Assembly: GCA_965267575.1 (NCBI GenBank)
Contig: OZ254086.1
Coordinates: forward strand, 1,216,001-1,280,000
Direction: 5' to 3'
DNA: 64,000 nt
Origin: Calditrichales bacterium
GTDB lineage: Bacteria > Calditrichota > Calditrichia > Calditrichales > J004
Shown here: positions 1 through 9,421 of the stretch, piece by piece
Layout of the letters: each line of letters opens with the position of its first letter
Position numbering within the stretch: the first letter of the stretch is position 1
Translations under genes and position numbers: made by a program
The notes under the pieces: generated by a model
The model's database searches: none
Seen by the model: the letters and a program-made list of their open reading frames with translations, nothing else
What the model was told of the DNA's origin: nothing

Positions 1-1
1 C

Positions 2-658
2 TCAGATAGCCACAGCGGTTTTCACTTCCGGCAGCGGTCCAACCACAGCACGGATTTTGTCGCCGGGGGTAAGCGGACCCACACCGGCCGGCGTCCCGGT
101 CAAGACAACATCGCCGGGCAGCAACGTAAAAATGTGCGAGATATAACTTATCAGCGTATGCAGCGGAAAGATCATCTGGCCGGTATTGCCCTTTTGGCGC
201 ACTTCACCATTTTGCTCCAGCAGCACCTCCCATTGGCCATCATAATTAACCCGGGCCGAGTCCGCAAAGCGCGATACGGGGCAGGCGCGATCAAACCCTT
301 TGGCCACGCTCCAGGGCAGGCCTGCTTTCTTGGCCTCACTTTGCACGTCACGCAAAGTTAGATCCAGGGCCATGCCATAGCCGCGCACATAATCCAGCGC
401 TTCATCTTCAGCAACGCGTTGTGCTTTTTTGCCGATCACCACGGCCAGCTCCAGCTCGTAATGCACGGCACCCTTATCGCGCGGAATTATCAGCGCTTCT
501 TCCATCGGGCAAAGTGCCGTGGAAGGTTTTAAAAACAGAACCGGGTCTTTGGTGCGTTGCGCCTTCATCTCTTCGATATGCTCGCCGTAGTTTCTGCCCA
601 CCGCCACGATCTTGCTGCATTCTACGCGGCTGCCGTCATTCATCTGTATATAATTCAT
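2..658 (-). CDS. Fumarylacetoacetate hydrolase family protein (FAHD1/YcgM-like)
   Basis: KIVAVGRNY, PVLFLKP, HYELELAVVIG, DLTLRD, WSVAKGFD and GDVVLTGTPAGVG motifs. Confidence 0.93.
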   Translation of the reverse strand: MNYIQMNDGSRVECSKIVAVGRNYGEHIEEMKAQRTKDPVLFLKPSTALCPMEEALIIPRDKGAVHYELELAVVIGKKAQRVAEDEALDYVRGYGMALDLTLRDVQSEAKKAGLPWSVAKGFDRACPVSRFADSARVNYDGQWEVLLEQNGEVRQKGNTGQMIFPLHTLISYISHIFTLLPGDVVLTGTPAGVGPLTPGDKIRAVVGPLPEVKTAVAI

Positions 659-1953
659 CAGTCCAAAATCCGTAATAGTTTAATACCTGTTCGTGTTATC
701 CGTTCACGATCCACTTCTTTCAAAGCGTCGCGTACTTCCTTTTCCTGGGCGTTTTCAACAAATATGTGCACGTAGCCCAGTTCGTTGCCATTGCTCTTAT
801 CCACTTCGGCATGCGCCGAAACGATATTGATATTGTGGCTGCCTATGATATTTGTCAGTTTGCCCATCACGCCGGGTTTGTCCACACAGGGAAAGCGCAG
901 GTAATAGGACGTAACCACATCGTTGATATCCGTAACCGGTTTATTATTCCAGTTAAAGGTAAAGTAATCGCGGCGCGGGCTTTTAAATATGCGATTGCCT
1001 ACCTCCACGAGGTCGCGCATGATCAGGCTGCTTGTGGGCTTGGTGCCCACACCCAGACCGTAAACCATGTATTCGCCCAGCAGGTCGGTTTTAATATAAT
1101 AGGCGTTGTATTCACCGCGCACCGAAACCAGCGGATGGCTCCTCGGCACCAGTGTCGGATGCACTCGGATTTCAAATTTGTCTTTGTGGTCGCGCAGGAT
1201 AGCCAGCGGCTTAATTTCGTAGCCGTATTGCTTGGCGCATTTAATGTCATACTGCGTGATATCGGCGATGCCCTCGGCGTAAACATCAAGAAAACCAATA
1301 TCAATCCCAAAGGCCGTTGCCGCCAGGATGGCAACTTTCATGGCTGAATCCGAGCCTTCATAATCCACAACGGCAATCGACTCCGCCATTTTCAAAATTT
1401 CCGGCATTTCCAGCACCTGGTGCAAGGAACGGCTGTTGTCCGTCATCTGGTCGAGGATGAAGTTGGATACGCCGCTGACGATGCCGGTCATTTCGGTGAT
1501 GCGGTTGGCCACCAGGTCGCGCTGCAGGATAGCCGAAACGGGAATGCCACCGCCAAGCGACGGCTCGGTCAGAAAATGGATCTGGTTCTCGTTGGCCAGG
1601 TCAGAAAGCTCGTGGATTTTGGCGGCCAGCAGGGCACGATTGGCGGAAATGATGTGTTTCTTTTTTTCAATAAACTTGCGGATGATACTGAACGTCGGCT
1701 CAATACCGCCTATGGCGTCGACCACCACCCTGATCTTTTTGTCGCGCAAAATGTCATTGGGGTCGCTTGTGAACAGGCTCGCATCGACATCCGCGGGGCG
1801 CTTAAAATTTTTATTGCGAACCAGGATTTTGGCGGGATTCAGGTCAAAGCCGGTCTTGTCATGGATTGACTTACGCGTTGCCTGCAGGGCTTTGTAGAAA
1901 CCCTGGCCCATTTTTCCAAAACCCAAAAGGGCAAAATTGAGTTGGTTGCTCAT
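658..1953 (-). CDS. hom: Homoserine dehydrogenase with C-terminal ACT domain (divergent active-site motifs)
   Basis: GFGKMG Rossmann motif, EPSLGGGIP, RVHPTLVP..HPL, ACT domain DKPGVMGKLT; ANK is ANR and NGTTN is SGVSN. Confidence 0.82.
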   Translation of the reverse strand: MSNQLNFALLGFGKMGQGFYKALQATRKSIHDKTGFDLNPAKILVRNKNFKRPADVDASLFTSDPNDILRDKKIRVVVDAIGGIEPTFSIIRKFIEKKKHIISANRALLAAKIHELSDLANENQIHFLTEPSLGGGIPVSAILQRDLVANRITEMTGIVSGVSNFILDQMTDNSRSLHQVLEMPEILKMAESIAVVDYEGSDSAMKVAILAATAFGIDIGFLDVYAEGIADITQYDIKCAKQYGYEIKPLAILRDHKDKFEIRVHPTLVPRSHPLVSVRGEYNAYYIKTDLLGEYMVYGLGVGTKPTSSLIMRDLVEVGNRIFKSPRRDYFTFNWNNKPVTDINDVVTSYYLRFPCVDKPGVMGKLTNIIGSHNINIVSAHAEVDKSNGNELGYVHIFVENAQEKEVRDALKEVDRERITRTGIKLLRILD

Positions 1954-2357
1954 TATTTGTCTGCCAATACCGTGGATACGACCACTTTGTAGTAGCCGTT
2001 TTTGCGCAGCAGATCCATAATACGGATGACCGTTCCGTGGTTAACATCGCTGTCGGCCTTTAAAACAATCTGCTGCTGGTCGTTTACATCTTTGAGAGAT
2101 TTGATCTCTTCAACCATGGTGTTCAATGTAATAAGCTGATCGTTTAAAAAAACATTTTTTTCTTTATCCAGGTAGATGATCACTTTTTGCGTGGTGTGGC
2201 TCTGGGCGCTTTCCGCTTCCGGCAAATTAAGCTGTATGCCGGGCTGCTCCAAAAAGGTGGAGGAAACGGCAAAAAAGATAATCAGAATGAATAGCACGTC
2301 GATCAGCGAGGTCAGGTTGAGCGTCAGTTTTTTGGGCTTGCGAATGGAAAGACGCAT
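1953..2357 (-). CDS. exbD: Biopolymer transporter ExbD/TolR
   Basis: LNLTSLIDVLFILIIFF transmembrane motif; LKADSDVNHGTVIRIMDLLR. Confidence 0.93.
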   Translation of the reverse strand: MRLSIRKPKKLTLNLTSLIDVLFILIIFFAVSSTFLEQPGIQLNLPEAESAQSHTTQKVIIYLDKEKNVFLNDQLITLNTMVEEIKSLKDVNDQQQIVLKADSDVNHGTVIRIMDLLRKNGYYKVVVSTVLADK

Positions 2358-2986
2358 CAGGAAGCCTCCTGCGCTTCACCTTGCTTGAGGCGGTGGATTT
2401 TTTGCACCAGCGTGTTGGCGTATTTCTCGATATCGAGGATCAGGCTTTCTGCTTTACTGGAGAAATAGTTGTAGGCAATAAGCACGGGGATGCCGATAAA
2501 CAGGCCGGTCACTGTGGTAAGCAACGCCTCGGAAATGCCGCCGGACAGCGCCGCCGTTTGCCCGATGCCCTGATCCTTGATCACGCTGAATACCTGCACC
2601 ATACCGAGCACGGTACCAAGCAAACCCAGCAACGGCGCAATCGCCGCGATTGTCTCCAGAATGGTTAAGCCTTTTTCAAGCTCGCGGATGTCCTGGCGGC
2701 CCTGGTCTTCGAGAAGCTGGCGGATATCTTCCTTGTGAAAGTGAACGTTGTCCAGCGCCAGTAAAATCAATCCCGAAAGGGCGCCTTTATATTTGGCGCA
2801 GACATTGCGGGCAAAATCAATATCTTTTAAGGACGAGAAGTTGTCGACAACGGAAATAATCTCCGGCACAATGATCTTTTTTTTGCGCAGGGCGATGGCC
2901 CTTTCCACGACAAATGCCAGCGCGATCAGTGAAGCCAGCGCCAGCGGGTACATCATAATTCCACCACGTTCGAATAGTTCAATCAT
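2357..2986 (-). CDS. exbB: MotA/TolQ/ExbB proton channel
   Basis: APLLGLLGTVLGM and GISEALLTTVTGLFIGIP motifs. Confidence 0.93.
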   Translation of the reverse strand: MIELFERGGIMMYPLALASLIALAFVVERAIALRKKKIIVPEIISVVDNFSSLKDIDFARNVCAKYKGALSGLILLALDNVHFHKEDIRQLLEDQGRQDIRELEKGLTILETIAAIAPLLGLLGTVLGMVQVFSVIKDQGIGQTAALSGGISEALLTTVTGLFIGIPVLIAYNYFSSKAESLILDIEKYANTLVQKIHRLKQGEAQEAS

Positions 2987-2989
2987 CTA

Positions 2990-3868
2990 TCATCTCCTAC
3001 GTAAATCGGGGTAAATCAGGGTTGCGGTTATGCCCAGTTTTTCATCGGGGAAATCATCCGGCAGCGGCAAAAACGGAAACGTGCTGCGGATTGAATTGAC
3101 GCTGGCGTCGAGCAGGGACTCATGTCCCTGGTGGTCGAGCACTTCCAGCGTTATCAAGTTGCCCTGGCGGTCAATCTCCAGGTAGAGCCTGGTGCGTCCG
3201 GAGATCAGGCCAAGGCGGTTGTAGGCCGCGGGCGTAAACCAGACGTTCTGATGCTTGACGCGCAGCTTGTTCAGGTACGGCGCGTAGGCCCAGGCATAGG
3301 TGGAGAGAGACAGCGCGCCGACCTCCTCCACGGAAAATTTTTTCTGCTCGCTGGTCTGGCCGGTGCCGGGGCTGCCAACACTGGCCTCAGATGTTTCTTC
3401 ATCTTCCCGGGTTATGCGGTCTTCACCTTTGGGGTTGTTGGTTTCATCCACCTGCTTGCCGGTGAGGGCTTTACTGCTGAACGGCTTCCAGCCCGGCGGC
3501 TTAAATTGCGTAGACGAAAGATTTGGCGTTTGCCGTGTTCCTTCGCTCATCGGATTGTTGGGACTGGTCTGGTCGGTTTTTTCGGGATTGCGGGCGCGGC
3601 TGTTGCGATCGGACAAAAGGTTGGTCTGGTCGGGTCTTTCCTCATTGAAGTTACGGTTCTCCACGATCAGCCTTTCCTGCTCCTCCTGATCCTGCTGTTG
3701 CGGCCTGTTTTCGGGAAAGATGAACTCCACCTCGGTGGCCTGCGCTTCCTCAACGGGCTCCGCGTTGATTACAAGGATATCGATAAAATCCAGGAAAAGG
3801 AGAAGGGCTGCATGGAACAGAAGGGAAAAAACCGCCGCCAGCCACAATGCTTTTTTGCGTTCAATCAT
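2990..3868 (-). CDS. TonB/TolA-like energy transducer
   Basis: N-terminal transmembrane segment with SLLFH, low-complexity linker, TonB-C-like C-terminus (FPFLPLP); upstream of exbB-exbD. Confidence 0.75.
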   Translation of the reverse strand: MIERKKALWLAAVFSLLFHAALLLFLDFIDILVINAEPVEEAQATEVEFIFPENRPQQQDQEEQERLIVENRNFNEERPDQTNLLSDRNSRARNPEKTDQTSPNNPMSEGTRQTPNLSSTQFKPPGWKPFSSKALTGKQVDETNNPKGEDRITREDEETSEASVGSPGTGQTSEQKKFSVEEVGALSLSTYAWAYAPYLNKLRVKHQNVWFTPAAYNRLGLISGRTRLYLEIDRQGNLITLEVLDHQGHESLLDASVNSIRSTFPFLPLPDDFPDEKLGITATLIYPDLRRR

Positions 3869-4028
3869 ACAAATAATGCCTGCTGCATAGAGCCGTTAAA
3901 TTAGGTGTTGACGGTTTTTTAAGCAATTGAACAATAAACGGTTCCAAAACTTGCAGCGCTTTATCAAAAAATAAAAAAATGGTATATTTCTTTTTAATTG
4001 CGGATTGAAATCGGGGTAGCAATTAATT

Positions 4029-4120
4029 TCCCCTTATTAAAGGGGACTAAGGGGTTGTATTTGTGCGTCAATCATTTATCAATGAAGCACAACCCCCTAA
4101 CCCCCTTTACCAAGGGGGGA
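4029..4120. repeat. Intergenic inverted repeat (MITE/REP-like)
   Basis: TCCCCTTATTAAAGGGGACTAAGGGGTTGT ... ACAACCCCCTAACCCCCTTTACCAAGGGGGGA, near-complementary arms. Confidence 0.7.
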
Positions 4121-4168
4121 CCATTTCTTACCCGAGCCCGCGTTAAATACTAATTAAAAATAGGCTCA

Positions 4169-5266
4169 ATGTATTTCGATCGTATTGTACTGCAGAAACA
4201 TATAAAGGATTTTTTTGCGCGCACGTTGGAGAATGACCGGTTGGCACACGCCTACCTGTTCTTCGGGCCGGAAGGCAGCGGCAAGGATGCTTTTGCGCTG
4301 GAGCTGGCCAAAGCGCTGAACTGCAGCGACATGTTCGGCAAGCCCTGCGACCAGTGCCCTTCATGTAGCAAAATAAAGCGCCTGGCACATCCCGATGTGA
4401 AGATGCTCTTTCCGATCTCGCGCACGGAGCGTGATAATGAAGGCAAGCTGCTGCCGCTGATGAAGGAGAAAGCAGCCAACCCCTACCGCCAGCCGGCCGT
4501 TGCCGGTCACCTGTCCATCGCCATAGAGCAGATACGAGAGCTGAAAAGCGAGGCCAAGTATGCCCCCTTCGAGGCGCAGAAGCGCGTGTTTATTGTCAGC
4601 GGGGCGGAGTATATGACACGCGAAGCGGCCAACTCTTTTCTGAAGCTGCTGGAAGAACCGCCCAAGGACCTGCTGCTGATCCTCTGCACCAACGATATGC
4701 AGGCCCTGATGGACACGATCCGCTCACGCTGCCAGCCTGTGCGTTTTTCGCCGTTTGATGATCAGCAGATCCGCGATATCGTGGAGCGCTATGCGGAGGT
4801 GGAGCAAAGGGCGCTGGATGCGGCCATACGCGTAAGCCGCCACAACCTGCGGCGCATTTTTGACCGCCTGGACAGCAACGCCGAAGATTACCGCCCGCTG
4901 GCCGTTGAGTTTCTGCGCCACCTGACCAGCGGAAACTGGGTGGGCGCCAACGATATTATTGACGCGCTGGGACAGGGCCGCGACAAAAACAAGGTGCTGG
5001 AATTTATCGAGATGGCTATACTGTGGCTGCGTGACGCGCTCTATTACCACGCCTCGGGCAGCAACACGGAGTTGCTGAACAACGACATGGAGGAATCCAT
5101 CATTAAGTTTGCCGACTTTTTCAAAGAGCTGGATTATGAACGCACGCTGGAGCTTCTGGAAAAAGCCTATCGCGACATAAACGCCAACACGCACCCGGCC
5201 CTTACCCTAACACGGCTGGCCGTGGACATCCAGCGTGAACTGAAGTCCGCCAGGGAGACAGCCTAA
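4169..5266 (+). CDS. holB: DNA polymerase III subunit delta'
   Basis: HAYLFFGPEGSGK, zinc-binding CDQCPSC, HPDV, AANSFLKLLEEP, TIRSRC. Confidence 0.93.
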   Translation: MYFDRIVLQKHIKDFFARTLENDRLAHAYLFFGPEGSGKDAFALELAKALNCSDMFGKPCDQCPSCSKIKRLAHPDVKMLFPISRTERDNEGKLLPLMKEKAANPYRQPAVAGHLSIAIEQIRELKSEAKYAPFEAQKRVFIVSGAEYMTREAANSFLKLLEEPPKDLLLILCTNDMQALMDTIRSRCQPVRFSPFDDQQIRDIVERYAEVEQRALDAAIRVSRHNLRRIFDRLDSNAEDYRPLAVEFLRHLTSGNWVGANDIIDALGQGRDKNKVLEFIEMAILWLRDALYYHASGSNTELLNNDMEESIIKFADFFKELDYERTLELLEKAYRDINANTHPALTLTRLAVDIQRELKSARETA

Positions 5267-5270
5267 GCAT

Positions 5271-6494
5271 ATGAGCAATCGCAAAAAAGAACCACGCATT
5301 TACGACATTACCATTATCGGCGCCGGCATTGTGGGGCTGGCCAGCGCCTACGTCCTTTCCCGCGAAACAGATGCTTCGATCCTCGTCATCGAAGCGGAAA
5401 ATGACCTGGCCCAACACCAGACAGGTCACAACAGCGGCGTGATACATTCGGGCCTCTATTACAAGCCCGGCTCCTACAAAGCGCGCAATTGCGTGGAAGG
5501 CCGGGAGGCCATGTATATCTTTTGCGAGAACAACAATGTGGAGCATGAACGCTGCGGCAAGATCGTGGTGGCGACCAGCAAGAAGGAAATGAATCAGCTG
5601 CTGAAGCTGCAAAAGCGCGGCGAGGAAAACGGCCTGCAGGGGATGAAGCTGCTAAACAGCGACGAGATGCGCGAATACGAGCCGCACGTCGCCGGCAAAG
5701 GCGCGCTTTATGTGCCGCAAACGGGCATCGTGAATTACACGAATGTCTGCAAGGCGCTGGCCTGGCACATCCGTAACAAGGAGCACGAGATCCGCTACAA
5801 CACGCGCTTTTTGAAATACCACCGCGCCAATCCCGGCATGGTGCTGGAAACGTCATCGGGGCCCGTGCACACAAAACACCTGATCAACTGCGCCGGGCTG
5901 CAATCGGACCGTGTGGCCAGGCTGTGCAAGGTAAGACCGGGCGTGCGGATTGTCCCTTTCCGGGGCGAATACTATGTACTTAAAAAGGAGAAGCAGCACC
6001 TGGTACGCAACCTGATCTACCCCGTGCCCGATCCAAGCTTTCCCTTCCTTGGCGTTCATTTTACACGGATGATCGATGGCGGCGTGGAGGCAGGACCCAA
6101 CGCCGTACTGGCCTTTAAGCGCGAAGGCTACGACAAAAGCTCGTTCAGCATTCGCGATACGCTGGATACGTTCCGTTTCCCGGGATTCTGGTCTTTGGCG
6201 TTGCGCTATGGCGTAACCGGACTTGGTGAGTTTTACAGATCACTGAGCAAAAGCGCTTTTGTGGAGGCGTTGCAAAAGCTTGTACCGGAGGTGAGCGAAG
6301 AGGATGTGGAACCCGGCGGCGCAGGTGTCCGCGCCCAGGCCCTGAAAGCCAACGGCCAACTGGTGGATGATTTCTTCATCCGTGAGAGCGAAAACATGAT
6401 CCACGTGCTGAACGCCCCCTCCCCTGCCGCCACGGCCTCGCTCAGCATCGGCCGGCGCATCGCAAACCTGGCGAAGGAAAATTTCAGGATATAA
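5271..6494 (+). CDS. lhgO: L-2-hydroxyglutarate oxidase
   Basis: GAGIVG, HQTGHNSGVIHSGLYY, PFRGEY, PFLGVHFT, GVRAQA, NAPSPAATAS. Confidence 0.95.
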   Translation: MSNRKKEPRIYDITIIGAGIVGLASAYVLSRETDASILVIEAENDLAQHQTGHNSGVIHSGLYYKPGSYKARNCVEGREAMYIFCENNNVEHERCGKIVVATSKKEMNQLLKLQKRGEENGLQGMKLLNSDEMREYEPHVAGKGALYVPQTGIVNYTNVCKALAWHIRNKEHEIRYNTRFLKYHRANPGMVLETSSGPVHTKHLINCAGLQSDRVARLCKVRPGVRIVPFRGEYYVLKKEKQHLVRNLIYPVPDPSFPFLGVHFTRMIDGGVEAGPNAVLAFKREGYDKSSFSIRDTLDTFRFPGFWSLALRYGVTGLGEFYRSLSKSAFVEALQKLVPEVSEEDVEPGGAGVRAQALKANGQLVDDFFIRESENMIHVLNAPSPAATASLSIGRRIANLAKENFRI

Positions 6495-6563
6495 ATCCCG
6501 TCTTATTCTATACGCCATGAAGAGCATGAAGGGCTTGTGTGGGATTGCCGCAGCTTGCTGTGC

Positions 6564-6617
6564 GTATGATTCTTTTATTTCATTAGACACATCCGGATGG
6601 AAGAATAGTTTAGGCAT
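6564..6617 (-). pseudogene. Truncated RelE/ParE-family toxin (first ~18 codons)
   Basis: MPKLFFHPDVSNEIKESY resembles a ParE N-terminus, lies just downstream of the antitoxin, then runs into repeat DNA and the lhgO antisense strand. Confidence 0.6.
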
Positions 6618-6622
6618 TTGCT

Positions 6623-6844
6623 TTAGCCTTTGATTCCTTGCTTTATTTTATCCCACGTTACAGGCTTAACATTTCCACTTACAAGGTCATCATATCTTTT
6701 CTCAGCTAATTTGGCCCATGCAGAATCGACTTCTTCATCAATCACTGTGTCTAAAGATGAAATGATTATATGGGCCATTAAGGCTCTCTCTTTAGGATTT
6801 AGCTGTTTGACGTTTTCTAAAATTTGCTTAAAATCTTTTGACAT
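6623..6844 (-). CDS. Putative addiction-module antitoxin (TIGR02574-like)
   Basis: 73 aa; L..KERA.MA...I.SLD......W...AEKRY.....G......WD pattern. Confidence 0.8.
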   Translation of the reverse strand: MSKDFKQILENVKQLNPKERALMAHIIISSLDTVIDEEVDSAWAKLAEKRYDDLVSGNVKPVTWDKIKQGIKG

Positions 6845-6940
6845 ATATTCTCCATGAATACTTTATCTAAAAATAAGTCTGGCGAGCGAGTTGCCAAAAT
6901 TAATAGACAAACTTCGAATTATATCTTTTGAATGGACAAA

Positions 6941-8206
6941 CTATTTGAGATATAAAATCTTTTGAACATCTCTGAAAAAACCTGCTGAAAACCGGGAAAA
7001 ATAAATCCCGCTTGGTAATGGTTTTCCATCAACCGTTCCATCCCATAACAAAGTATGCTCACCGGCATTTTTTGGTTCATTGATAAGCGTGGTGACGTGT
7101 TTACTGTTTATCGAATAAATATCGAGAGATACATGTTGATTTACCGGTAAAGAAAAGGAGATTTTTGTAGAACTGTTAAAAGGATTGGGATAGTTTTGCT
7201 GTAAGCGATATCCGGTTGATTCTTTCTCTCCAGCATCAATCGAATTAATAATTTTACCCGATTCTATCAATACCGATGATTCTCCTGCCAATGATAATTT
7301 AACAACCCGAAACTCTTCAACGCCTCTTCCGCTGCCGTGACCGGTTTCAAATACGAAAATGGCGCCGTCATTATAGGCAATACCAAGCGGGAACCATTCC
7401 CCGCCGGAATAATAGAAATCGCTGTGTTTACCTTCCGGGGTTACTTTCAAAACCCGGGCATTTGAATAATAAGCAACATAAAAATTGCCATTTTCGTCGA
7501 TATCCAGATCATACATTGTATTGTAATTATTTCCACCCCAGGGATTGTCCGGGGGATTATTCTCCAGTAAACCGCTGGCAATCGTAGTCACCTGGCCATC
7601 GCTTGTAATCTTTCGGATAGCACCATCATCGCTTACATAAATGTTGCCATCACTAAGCAGGGTCATTGCATCGATTTTTGTAAACCGTGCTTCCAGCCGG
7701 TATCCGTCTTCGGTGCCTCTCAAGCCGCCGATATAGGGATAATATTTACCGCTGGGTTCTCTTTTATAAATATAAACGTAAACATCATCTCCTTTGGTAT
7801 AGATGTGTTGATAATACAAATTTCCATCTTTATCCAGTGCAAATTTGCTACCCAACAGATCACTGTTATTTGTTGGTTCAATGACGTAGCTTTCTTCACC
7901 GTTTGGGGCAACTTTAATTAGACTTACCCAGCCATTGCCCAGCTGAGTTTCTTCGTTTTCCAGATAAAGATTATCATGTTCATCCACAAATAACTGATGC
8001 ACCCACTTATCCGAATATAGTTTTAGCAATGTGTTATTGGGTGAATATTTCCAGATGGCCCTGTTACCGATATTGGTAAAATAAAAATTGCCTTTTGAGT
8101 CGAATTCAGTGCCCCAGCCTTCATGTGCTTTTACAGATGTAAATACAGTTGTCAGCAACATAAACAGATATAATATTCTTTTAGGCATGACACTCCTTAA
8201 ATTCAT
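6941..8206 (-). CDS. Secreted NHL-repeat/beta-propeller protein with T9SS type A (FlgD-like) C-terminal sorting domain
   Basis: Signal peptide; repeated D..GN.Y motifs; QNYPNPFN...WDG...LPSGIYF...KILYLK tail. Confidence 0.82.
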   Translation of the reverse strand: MNLRSVMPKRILYLFMLLTTVFTSVKAHEGWGTEFDSKGNFYFTNIGNRAIWKYSPNNTLLKLYSDKWVHQLFVDEHDNLYLENEETQLGNGWVSLIKVAPNGEESYVIEPTNNSDLLGSKFALDKDGNLYYQHIYTKGDDVYVYIYKREPSGKYYPYIGGLRGTEDGYRLEARFTKIDAMTLLSDGNIYVSDDGAIRKITSDGQVTTIASGLLENNPPDNPWGGNNYNTMYDLDIDENGNFYVAYYSNARVLKVTPEGKHSDFYYSGGEWFPLGIAYNDGAIFVFETGHGSGRGVEEFRVVKLSLAGESSVLIESGKIINSIDAGEKESTGYRLQQNYPNPFNSSTKISFSLPVNQHVSLDIYSINSKHVTTLINEPKNAGEHTLLWDGTVDGKPLPSGIYFSRFSAGFFRDVQKILYLK

Positions 8207-8263
8207 TTTAGCTTTATTTTCTTACGGGTTTAAAGTGCCGTACTACGGGTAAAATAAAAATAA

Positions 8264-8376
8264 GTTATCTGGCAGGACAGGGGGGACAATTTTGGAAAAC
8301 GGCTGGCCAACGGCATGTTCTTTTGCAGGCTGCAGGCGGGTAATTTTGTGCAAACACGCAGATGGTACTTTTGTAA
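8264..8376 (+). pseudogene. Relic of a T9SS/FlgD-type C-terminal sorting domain
   Basis: Reads VIWQDRGDNFGKRLANGMFFCRLQAGNFVQTR, then after a frameshift MVLL*; no 5' part of the gene. Confidence 0.6.
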
Positions 8377-8467
8377 CGATGAGCATAACGGGCACGAACG
8401 CTGAACAAACTTCCAGTTGCAAAATCATGCCCCGCGTGAAGTGTCCGCGTTAATGCTGTTGTTATGT
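8371..8467 (-). other. attC recombination site (array 1, distal)
   Basis: Minus strand ACATAAC-N5-CATTAAC ... GTTATG-N6-GTTACAA, an imperfect palindrome of 97 bp. Confidence 0.85.
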
Positions 8468-8487
8468 TGCCATTATTTTATATAATA

Positions 8488-8666
8488 TTACTCAATTATA
8501 TCATTCCAATCAGAAGTAATTTTTAGTTTATTATTATTATTTTCAACTTTGAAACGTATGGTATCTGCACCAACTGGGTATTTAACAATTAAATCTGATC
8601 TTCCGACATTTAATGGTATAATTTCTCTAGTTGTTAATTTTATTATTGAAGAATCAAATCCTGAAA
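8488..8666 (-). pseudogene. 3' remnant of a cassette gene fused to a truncated attC
   Basis: AT-rich open frame ending at 8488; the apparent start (8700) lies inside the half attC. Confidence 0.6.
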
Positions 8667-8739
8667 AACCGCATGCAAAATTTTCAAAGTGGAAATTCAC
8701 CGTCGCGCGGTTAATTCCCAGTTAATGCTGGTGTTATAC
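8667..8739 (-). other. Truncated attC (R'', L'' and loop present; L' and R' missing)
   Basis: GTATAAC-ACCAG-CATTAACTGGGAATTAACCGCGCGACGGTGAATT... matches the intact attC at 19798-19894 up to GCGGTT. Confidence 0.75.
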
Positions 8740-8743
8740 AGGT

Positions 8744-9280
8744 TTAATTTTTAGACAACGGTACTGCTACTATTTTCTTTCCCTTTCTTTTAAAGCCATT
8801 TAATTCTCGTAACTTTTCAAAAGTTGATCGATCATATTCTGGATTTAATGCATATTCTAGTTTTTGTATTATTTCAAACATTATTGTTATCCCATCAACA
8901 GCTATTACTTGTTCTATAAATTTTTTACTAACAAATTTTGAAGTATAAAGTTTTAATGCTTTAAGAAAATAAAACTTAACATGTCTTCTGGCTTTATCAA
9001 TTTCCTGAGCTTTTTCATCACCATTTGCAAGGTTTTCAATCCATTTTTCATTAAAATCATTTGGACTTTCATCTTTCCAATTTTTTAAGATTCTTAAACT
9101 ATTTACCATTTTATAGTCACTGTATTCTTCTAAAAATTGTAAATATAAATTGGCTTCCGTTGTTGATTTGATAGCTTTTGCTGATAACCATGCTGCGATT
9201 GCGGAGAAAGACGCTGCGATTGCTGTAATTGCGGTTAGTATCAAAATGCCTAATTGTTGGATTTCTGTATTACTTTCCAT
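8744..9280 (-). CDS. Cassette-borne hypothetical protein with N-terminal transmembrane helix
   Basis: AT-rich ORF bounded by complementary cassette ends GTTATACAGGTTT / AAACCTGTATAAC. Confidence 0.75.
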   Translation of the reverse strand: MESNTEIQQLGILILTAITAIAASFSAIAAWLSAKAIKSTTEANLYLQFLEEYSDYKMVNSLRILKNWKDESPNDFNEKWIENLANGDEKAQEIDKARRHVKFYFLKALKLYTSKFVSKKFIEQVIAVDGITIMFEIIQKLEYALNPEYDRSTFEKLRELNGFKRKGKKIVAVPLSKN

Positions 9281-9307
9281 TTGTGGGCTTTCAATTTTAT
9301 AAAACCT

Positions 9308-9405
9308 GTATAACGTTTTGGCATAAGAGGCGCGAACGCTTGATACGCTTAACTTTGCAAAATCATGCCCCGCGTGAAGCGTCCTGCTTAATGCCTTTGT
9401 TAGCA
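9308..9405 (-). other. attC recombination site (array 1, proximal)
   Basis: Minus strand TGCTAAC-AAAGG-CATTAAG ... CTTATG-CCAAAAC-GTTATAC; same family as 8371-8467 and 20581-20678. Confidence 0.85.
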
Positions 9406-9421
9406 GCTATTTAAGTAGCAG

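Noticed and set aside
6240-6617. 125-aa ORF as a real protein
   Set aside because: Only the first ~18 codons are toxin-like; the rest runs through repeats and antisense to lhgO
6623-8206. Antitoxin and T9SS-domain gene as further integron cassettes
   Set aside because: No attC-like palindrome or complementary GTT/AAC ends between or after them
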